NCBI GenBank assembly: GCA_016867255.1
Contig: VGKB01000002.1
Location: forward strand, 1 to 37,184
Length of the DNA stretch: 37,184 nucleotides
Direction of reading: 5' to 3'
Source: Candidatus Moraniibacteriota bacterium
GTDB taxonomy: Bacteria > Patescibacteriota > Minisyncoccia > CAIUEV01
Below, one piece after another: positions 31,578 through 37,184 of this stretch (position 1 is the first letter of the stretch; each line of letters opens with the position of its first letter). The notes under the pieces were generated by a model. The model saw nothing but the letters and a program-made list of their open reading frames with translations, did no database searches and was not told where the DNA came from. Position numbers and translations under genes: made by a program.

Positions 31578-33482
31578 CTACACTTCAATAATTACCGGCA
31601 AAATCATCGGTCTTCTTTGGGTCTTGTTAAACAAATACTGTCCCATATCGTCGCGAATAGAGCTGCGAACATATTCCCAGTTAATAGGATATCCCCCGCG
31701 AGTTTTCTGTTCAATGATTTTCTTAATTTCCATTCGGGCCTCTTTTAGTAATTCCTGATTGTTGCGCATATAGATAAAACCGCGGGAAATGAGGTCGGCG
31801 TTCCCAATCTGTTTGCCAGTATTGCCGTCAATTACCACAATTACGGTGAACATCCCGTCCTGAGCCAACTGCTGGCGCTCGCGCAAAACCACATTGCCCA
31901 CATCACCCACACCTAATCCGTCTACCATAACGTAATTGGCGGGAACCTTTTCGCGGGTAAGGCGGCCATTCTTTTTTTCGTCAAATTCAATAATCTGCCC
32001 ATTTTCCGCAATCAAAATATTTTCTTCCGGCATAATGCGCAAATTTCGGGCGGTTTCACCGTGTTGGCGCAACATATAGTGGTTGCCGTGTATGGGAATC
32101 AGGTATTTCGGCTTTACGATATTAAGCATAAGCTTCAACTCTTCCCTTTTAGCGTGCCCTCCCGAATGCACGTCCATCATTTGATAGTGCACCACCTTGA
32201 CTCCCATTTTAGATAAACCATCTTTTAGATACTGCACCGTCCGCTCATTGCCGGGGATCACCGAAGAAGAGAAGATAATTGTATCGCCTCTTTCCAGATG
32301 CACGTGTTTGTGCTCTCCGTTAGCAATCCGCATTAATACCGCGTTATCCTCCCCTTGTGCTCCAGTGCACATAATAATTATCTTGTTGCGCGGGTAGTGG
32401 TTTATCTCCCGAATGTCAATGAAAGTTCCTTTTTGAGCTTTAATGTAGCCCATGCGGCGAGCAATCTCAACGTTAGCTTTCATGCTAAACCCGTCCACTG
32501 CCACCTTCCGGCCGTTTCTTTCGGCAATCTCCACCATATGGCGGATTCGGGTCAGCAAGCTGGAAAAGGTTCCGGCAATCACCCTGCCTTCCGCTTTTTG
32601 AATGATTTCGGCAAAATTATCCTTCACTTCCGATTCGGAAATGGAATATCCCGGATGCCCCGCATCGGTGGAGTCAGACATTAAAACCAATACTCCCTTT
32701 TCGGAAAAGCGGGCGATTCGCCCAATGTCAGTTGGCCGGTCGCCAATAGGATTTTGGTCAAACTTAAAGTCGCCAGTGTGCATAATAAGGCCAACGGGTG
32801 TGTGGATCGCCAAGCCTAAAGAGTCAGGGATACTGTGGCAAACATGAAAAAATTCCAATCCAAAAACTCCCAGCTGCAGATAATCTTCATCGCTTACCGA
32901 TTGAATCCGCAATCTTGGCCCATCCTTGTATTCTTCCTGTCTCTTTAAGATTACGGCTTTGGTCATTGCCCCGGTGTAAATCGGCGGGTTACCTAAAACT
33001 TTTACATGGTGAGGAATGGCGCCGATGTGGTCTAGGTGGCCGTGGGTAACAATAATCCCCCGGATGTTTTCAATTTTATCGCGCAGGTAACGGGAGTTGG
33101 GAATGATATAATCAATGCCGTGCATATCTTCTTCCGGGAATTGCAAGCCCATGTCCACGATGATAATGTCCTTGCCATACTCAAAGACCGTCATATTGCG
33201 GCCCACTTCCTCCAGCCCGCCCAAGGGAATAATGCGGAGCTTTTTTTCTTTCGGTTTAATTTCGGTTTTGGGCGATGCGGGGCCAATATTTCTCCGATCG
33301 CCTCCCTGCCCATTCCCATTCCCGTTAGAAATAGAAATAATATTTAACTGAGGCCCTCTCTTCGCGTCCAACGACGCGGAACCACGCTCCAAGGGAGTTT
33401 GGGGCGAAATGGGGCGATCAGAGACTCTTCTAGATTGTTTCCTTTTTTTACTAAACCGTTTTGTTTTTTTGTTTTCAGACAT
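31578..33482 (-). CDS. rnj: Ribonuclease J
   Basis: Metallo-beta-lactamase motif VTHGHLDHIG, beta-CASP region and RNase J C-terminal domain. A roughly 80-aa basic low-complexity N-terminal extension. Confidence 0.93.
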   Translation of the reverse strand: MSENKKTKRFSKKRKQSRRVSDRPISPQTPLERGSASLDAKRGPQLNIISISNGNGNGQGGDRRNIGPASPKTEIKPKEKKLRIIPLGGLEEVGRNMTVFEYGKDIIIVDMGLQFPEEDMHGIDYIIPNSRYLRDKIENIRGIIVTHGHLDHIGAIPHHVKVLGNPPIYTGAMTKAVILKRQEEYKDGPRLRIQSVSDEDYLQLGVFGLEFFHVCHSIPDSLGLAIHTPVGLIMHTGDFKFDQNPIGDRPTDIGRIARFSEKGVLVLMSDSTDAGHPGYSISESEVKDNFAEIIQKAEGRVIAGTFSSLLTRIRHMVEIAERNGRKVAVDGFSMKANVEIARRMGYIKAQKGTFIDIREINHYPRNKIIIMCTGAQGEDNAVLMRIANGEHKHVHLERGDTIIFSSSVIPGNERTVQYLKDGLSKMGVKVVHYQMMDVHSGGHAKREELKLMLNIVKPKYLIPIHGNHYMLRQHGETARNLRIMPEENILIAENGQIIEFDEKKNGRLTREKVPANYVMVDGLGVGDVGNVVLRERQQLAQDGMFTVIVVIDGNTGKQIGNADLISRGFIYMRNNQELLKEARMEIKKIIEQKTRGGYPINWEYVRSSIRDDMGQYLFNKTQRRPMILPVIIEV

Positions 33483-33513
33483 ATAAATAATTAAAAATTT
33501 AAAAATAATAAAG

Positions 33514-33598
33514 TGCCGGAGAGGAGAGTTGAACTCCTACCACCCTAAGGGTGACAACGCCCTGAACGTTGCGTGTCTGCCAATTCCACCACTCCGGC
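33514..33598 (-). tRNA. tRNA-Leu (anticodon CAG)
   Basis: The reverse complement folds by hand. Acceptor GCCGGAG/CTCCGGC, D arm GTGG..ACAC, anticodon stem CAACG/CGTTG with loop TTCAGGG, long variable arm CACCC-tta-GGGTG, T arm AGGAG-TTCAACT-CTCCT, discriminator A. No encoded CCA. Confidence 0.9.
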
Positions 33599-33710
33599 GT
33601 CTTTCGCTAAAGCTCCAGAACGCCTAAAAGGTATTCCGTAGCCTTAGCGAAGGATACCACTCCGGCGTCTTTCGCTAAAGCTCCAGAACGCCTAAAAGGT
33701 ATTCCGTAGC
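33588..33710. repeat. 55-nt direct repeat x2 (33588-33642 and 33656-33710) covering tRNA-Leu positions 1-11 plus 44 nt of its upstream flank
   Basis: Both copies read accactccggcgtctttcgctaaagctccagaacgcctaaaaggtattccgtagc. Period 68 nt. Confidence 0.9.
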
Positions 33711-33980
33711 TTCTTGGCAAAAATGTTTTTATTTTCTGGTTTGTTGCTTGTTTTAAATTATCAGTTATTGGCCGCAAAACATACGTTCAGTAATGTATAA
33801 ACTATCTAGATATAGCAGAAGCAGAAAAATGAGCAGCTTTCATTTTTGTTATTTTGAGCGCGAAGAAAATAAATAAAAAAGAAACAATCCTAAGTGCGTT
33901 TTTAGTTTAATTAACTAATAGCATATGTTTATTTTTTTGGCAAGCCCTTTTTATGGAGCTATATTCCATAAATTAGGTAC

Positions 33981-34018
33981 AAAAGAAAACTCGCCTACGG
34001 TGTTACCCAATAGGCGAG
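33981..34018 (-). terminator. Rho-independent terminator of the 34106..34633 gene
   Basis: On the minus strand CTCGCCT-N15-AGGCGAG is followed by TTTTCTTTT. Confidence 0.7.
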
Positions 34019-34105
34019 AAATGTCGTGTGTTTACTTCGTTAAGCAAGAACTTGGAGAGCCTTAGCGAGAGAGGAACTAATTACAAAGCAAGGGTATTTG
34101 ACTTA

Positions 34106-34633
34106 TTATCGTTTCGGCCTTGGTCCTGTTGCCCCAAAATGACTCAACCAATATATGCCGGGAGATTCAATCGCTGGCATATCCAGAACTAAGGCATATT
34201 TGTCACCATCATATGTTTGCCACCCTTTGCTGTTCTCAATAAGCGAGCGCACGAATTCTTCAAGCTCGCCATAAAAGTTGACGAACCCACATCCATAGTC
34301 AACAAGGATGAAAAGTTTGTCGGGGAAAGGGGAAATGGATTTAAACCTTTTGAACAGATCGGGCGCGTTTCTCATGGTTGAGAGAAATTTGACCCATACT
34401 TCTTTGTTGCCCTTCATCAGACCGTTAAGTGTTTCTTCAAGGTTTTCCTGGAGATTTGTGATTCCACTCATGTAGCCTCCTCGGACTGAGTCGGTTTCTC
34501 TGGCCAGTTCAGCTACCCTTCGCCTGTTATTGTTAGTTGGCTCCTCCAAAAAAACCTCAATTGCATAAAGGTACTTACTCCACAACCTGCCTCTCTGTTC
34601 ATCTCTGGCAATGTCAGTTAGTGCGTCACTCAT
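34106..34633 (-). CDS. Hypothetical cytoplasmic protein (175 aa)
   Basis: Strong SD AAGGAGGG 8 nt upstream of the ATG, its own terminator, no TM segment, no recognised domain. Confidence 0.7.
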   Translation of the reverse strand: MSDALTDIARDEQRGRLWSKYLYAIEVFLEEPTNNNRRRVAELARETDSVRGGYMSGITNLQENLEETLNGLMKGNKEVWVKFLSTMRNAPDLFKRFKSISPFPDKLFILVDYGCGFVNFYGELEEFVRSLIENSKGWQTYDGDKYALVLDMPAIESPGIYWLSHFGATGPRPKR

Positions 34634-35011
34634 TGTTAAACCCTCCTTTATTTCGTGGTGCGTTAAGTGTAGAGAGCCTAATCAGTAGAGTCCTCACAAA
34701 ATATAACGGCGAAAAAATGTAGTCAAATTTTTTAGGGTTTTATGGAGAAAGATAAATTTGGGTTCAAAAGTCCGGCTTGGTAGGGGCTGGATATCCTATT
34801 GAACACCGAGTTCCTGAAGTTGTGGACACTGGCTATTTTTCGTGGAACACCTTTATTCAAAAATAGTGTTCATCCTGAGTTAAATTTAATAAAAATTTTA
34901 TCTGGATTTAACAATCGGTTTGTTAAAATAAACCATAATTGCCAAGCCAACCCAAATGTCAAAATTAAAAACTCAAAACAACAGCTCAAATCTCAAGTCT
35001 AATCTGAAATT

Positions 35012-35743
35012 ATGAGTTACAAATCCATTCTCCTCAACATCCTCTTCCCCCGCCACTGCGTCATTTGCGAAACTCCGGACAGTTATCTGTGCAAAAATTG
35101 TTTTGGCGCTATCCCAATTAGAAAAACCAATCTCTGCCCCGTCTGCCAAAACATAGAGACTTTTGCCGGAAGAGTGTGTAATGTTTGTGAAAACGAAAAG
35201 AGGAAAATTTACCTTGACGGATTGATTATCGCTTCCTACTACAAAAATCCGGTCCTACGAGAAACGCTTTTTCGTTTTAAGTATAATTTTATTCAAGGAC
35301 TGTCTTTTTCGCTCGCTAAGGTCCTGGCTAAAAAAATCCTTTCTCTTTCTGAATTTCCTTTCACTGATTTTACTCTCGTCCCCATCCCCCTCCACCCTAA
35401 ACGTCAGCTTTGGCGGGGTTTTAATCAAGCGGCACTCCTTGTAAAAAAACTGCAGCTATTGTTGGATAAAAAAGAAGTCTTTGTAGAGACATCCCCCACC
35501 TTGCTCATCCGGGAGAAAAATTCCAAACCGCAAATGAAAATAAAATCCACCCTTGTAAGAGAAAAAAACATTGTCGGCAGTTTTATTTTTAATAAGGCGT
35601 TTACAAACAATACGCCCAAAAAAATTATTCTTGTTGACGACATTGCCACCACCGGCGCCACTCTCAACGAATGCGCTAAAATTTTAAAACGTCACGGGGC
35701 GGAGAAGGTTTGGGGGTTGGTGCTGGGAAGACAAGGATATTGA
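35012..35743 (+). CDS. comF: ComF-family phosphoribosyltransferase-domain protein
   Basis: N-terminal Cys4 finger (CVICE...CKNCF...CPVCQ...CNVCE) and PRTase motif IILVDDIATTGATLNE. Confidence 0.85.
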   Translation: MSYKSILLNILFPRHCVICETPDSYLCKNCFGAIPIRKTNLCPVCQNIETFAGRVCNVCENEKRKIYLDGLIIASYYKNPVLRETLFRFKYNFIQGLSFSLAKVLAKKILSLSEFPFTDFTLVPIPLHPKRQLWRGFNQAALLVKKLQLLLDKKEVFVETSPTLLIREKNSKPQMKIKSTLVREKNIVGSFIFNKAFTNNTPKKIILVDDIATTGATLNECAKILKRHGAEKVWGLVLGRQGY

Positions 35744-35762
35744 TCAAATTGAAAATTTCAAA

Positions 35763-36491
35763 TTATAAGATATATCCTTCTGTTAATTTAATTATCATAT
35801 ACATAACCGCTATTCCAAGTACAGTGGCAATCGTTGTCCACCTCGCCGGGTGCGCGTGGTGGCTTTCCGGCAGAAGATCGCTGGCGCCGATATAGAGGAA
35901 AAAACCGCAAAAAATAGCCAAAATCAACCCTAACGTCTGCCCTGATAAAATAAAAAGGGAGGAGCTCAACACTCCTAAAACCGGCGCCGAAGAACCGACC
36001 AAAAGCCAGTTTAGAGCTTGTTCTCTGGTCCCATTATCCTTTAGCACTAAGCTGACCGTATTGATGCCGTCAGAAAATTTGTGCGCCAAAACGGCAAGCG
36101 TCACCGCAAGTCCCACGGCTAACGAAACTTGGTACGCCAAACCGATCGCCATGCCGTCTAAAAAGCTGTGTACTGACAAAGTCCCTGCCCCAAAGCCACC
36201 TCTATGTTTGGGGTTTCCGCAATTTTCCCCGTTACAATACCGCAAGAAAAATAGGCGGTCTAAAAGCAAATAAACTAAAAACCCTAACGCGGCAAAAGAA
36301 ATGATGTCACTGTGTCCGTACCGCTCTTCAGCTAATTTCAGCGCTTCGGGCAGTAAGTCAAAAAATGCCACGCCAATTACCGCGCCGGCGCTAAATCCGA
36401 GTACTAAATGCAATTTGTCTCTGAATCTGAGCGCGAACAGTCCGCCCAAGAAAGTCGCGGCTGCCGCGGCCGCTGCAAATAAAATTATCAT
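35763..36491 (-). CDS. zupT: ZIP-family divalent metal transporter (ZupT-like)
   Basis: ZIP signature helices HSFLDGMAIGLAY and HKFSDGINTV. About 8 TM helices, 242 aa. Confidence 0.8.
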   Translation of the reverse strand: MIILFAAAAAAATFLGGLFALRFRDKLHLVLGFSAGAVIGVAFFDLLPEALKLAEERYGHSDIISFAALGFLVYLLLDRLFFLRYCNGENCGNPKHRGGFGAGTLSVHSFLDGMAIGLAYQVSLAVGLAVTLAVLAHKFSDGINTVSLVLKDNGTREQALNWLLVGSSAPVLGVLSSSLFILSGQTLGLILAIFCGFFLYIGASDLLPESHHAHPARWTTIATVLGIAVMYMIIKLTEGYIL

Positions 36492-36719
36492 CTTAAACGC
36501 CGTATTTTACAAAAAAAATTTTGGCATTCGCCGCTATTTTAGACTAAATAAAAAATTTTTTCAAAAACTTTCCCACAGTTTATAGACAATATTATTTACA
36601 TCACGACCTCATATGCGGCTTTATTACGCTATAAAAAAATTATCCCAGTTTTCCCCAAAAGCGGACTTGAGCTCCTGCCTGCCGGCGAGGTCGGGATAAC
36701 CTACGCCTGCTCCTTTATG

Positions 36720-36756
36720 AGCCGATGAGAGGGATCGAACCTCCGCCCTGCGCGTT
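36720..36756 (-). pseudogene. Orphan tRNA 3' half (positions 37-73 of a tRNA different from the adjacent tRNA-Thr)
   Basis: The reverse complement reads AA CGCGC AGGGC GGAGG-TTCGATC-CCTCT CATCGGC T. That is a canonical T arm plus a 3' acceptor strand with no matching 5' half (GCCGATG...) anywhere upstream. Confidence 0.6.
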
Positions 36757-36765
36757 ATTTTCTTG

Positions 36766-36837
36766 AGCCGCCCGTCGGACTCGGACCGACAACCTACGCG
36801 TTACGAATGCGTTGCTCTACCGTTGAGCTAGGGCGGC
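36766..36837 (-). tRNA. tRNA-Thr (anticodon CGT), with an atypical T loop
   Basis: Hand fold: acceptor GCCGCCC/GGGCGGC, D arm GCTC-AACGGTA-GAGC, anticodon stem ACGCA/CGCGT (A31-C39 mismatch) with loop TTCGTAA, T arm GTCGG-TCCGAGT-CCGAC (C at position 55 instead of U), discriminator T. Confidence 0.75.
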
Positions 36838-37064
36838 AATTCCCTACTAATACATACAACCAATAACTTATAACTATTGCAAGCGATTTTAATCCCGCGT
36901 TTAGTCAAGAATGTGACCATTTATAGAATAATTGATGAAGTTAGAAATTATATTGATTTAAATATAATGATATGTAAATCTAAAAAGACTTAGGCGTTGA
37001 GAAAGGAGGGCTAAGCCCGCGGTCCTTTGAAAATAAGAACTGCTCACAAATAAGGAGGGCACGC

Positions 37065-37184
37065 ATGATTGAAATGACCGAAGGCCAGCAAGTGTTGGCG
37101 AGAATATTGATGAAAGCCGGGGTTTTCCGGCGCAAACAAGATTCTCCCGAAGGAAAGGGGTTTAAGCTCGTCCAGCACGAGATG
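37065..37184 (+). CDS. 5' part of an unidentified CDS running off the window
   Basis: SD AAGGAGGG 5 nt before the ATG. 40 codons open to the window end (MIEMTEGQQVLARILMKAGVFRRKQDSPEGKGFKLVQHEM). Confidence 0.55.
   Translation, partial: MIEMTEGQQVLARILMKAGVFRRKQDSPEGKGFKLVQHEM

Noticed and set aside
27935-33710. Possibility that the heptamer tracts or the 55-nt tRNA-Leu leader duplication are CRISPR arrays
   Set aside because: The units are 7 nt with no spacers, or just two 55-nt copies. There is no repeat-spacer periodicity of 25-40 nt and no cas genes in the window.

Overview
AT-rich, compositionally mosaic bacterial chromosome segment. The gene set (DnaE, RelA/SpoT, LepB, RNase J, FtsQ-like, PilD, ComF, a DUF721/DciA-like protein, many small domain-less membrane proteins, two type II TA pairs, two orphan histidine kinases) suggests a Patescibacteria/CPR-type genome; that assignment is an inference. 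Housekeeping genes fill about 16-21 kb and 26-33 kb. The rest looks accessory. (1) A 3.7-kb cassette (class-B radical SAM, trans-prenyl diphosphate synthase, IDI fused to a second Nudix domain) is bracketed by a 135-nt duplication of the 3' end of a histidine-kinase gene. (2) Four promoter-plus-leader units share a conserved stem followed by a GUUCUUU box, each ahead of a small membrane or secreted protein. Two of them are 157-nt near-identical copies exactly 4104 bp apart, flanking an AT-rich block. (3) That block holds a methyltransferase, a Doc/HTH TA cassette flanked by perfect 27-bp direct repeats, and a Ddl-like ATP-grasp plus C39-like peptidase pair. A GNAT and an orphan PurD-like ATP-grasp lie just beyond it. 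(4) tRNA-Thr is followed by an orphan 3' half of a different tRNA, and tRNA-Leu has a duplicated 5' end plus leader. (5) There is a 143-nt long-hairpin element ahead of pilD, 7-nt tandem repeat tracts in several intergenic regions, and a GC-rich palindrome family. No CRISPR array, rRNA, integrase, transposase or reverse transcriptase was seen. All coordinates, alignments and folds were done by eye, and functional calls rest on recognised sequence motifs only.
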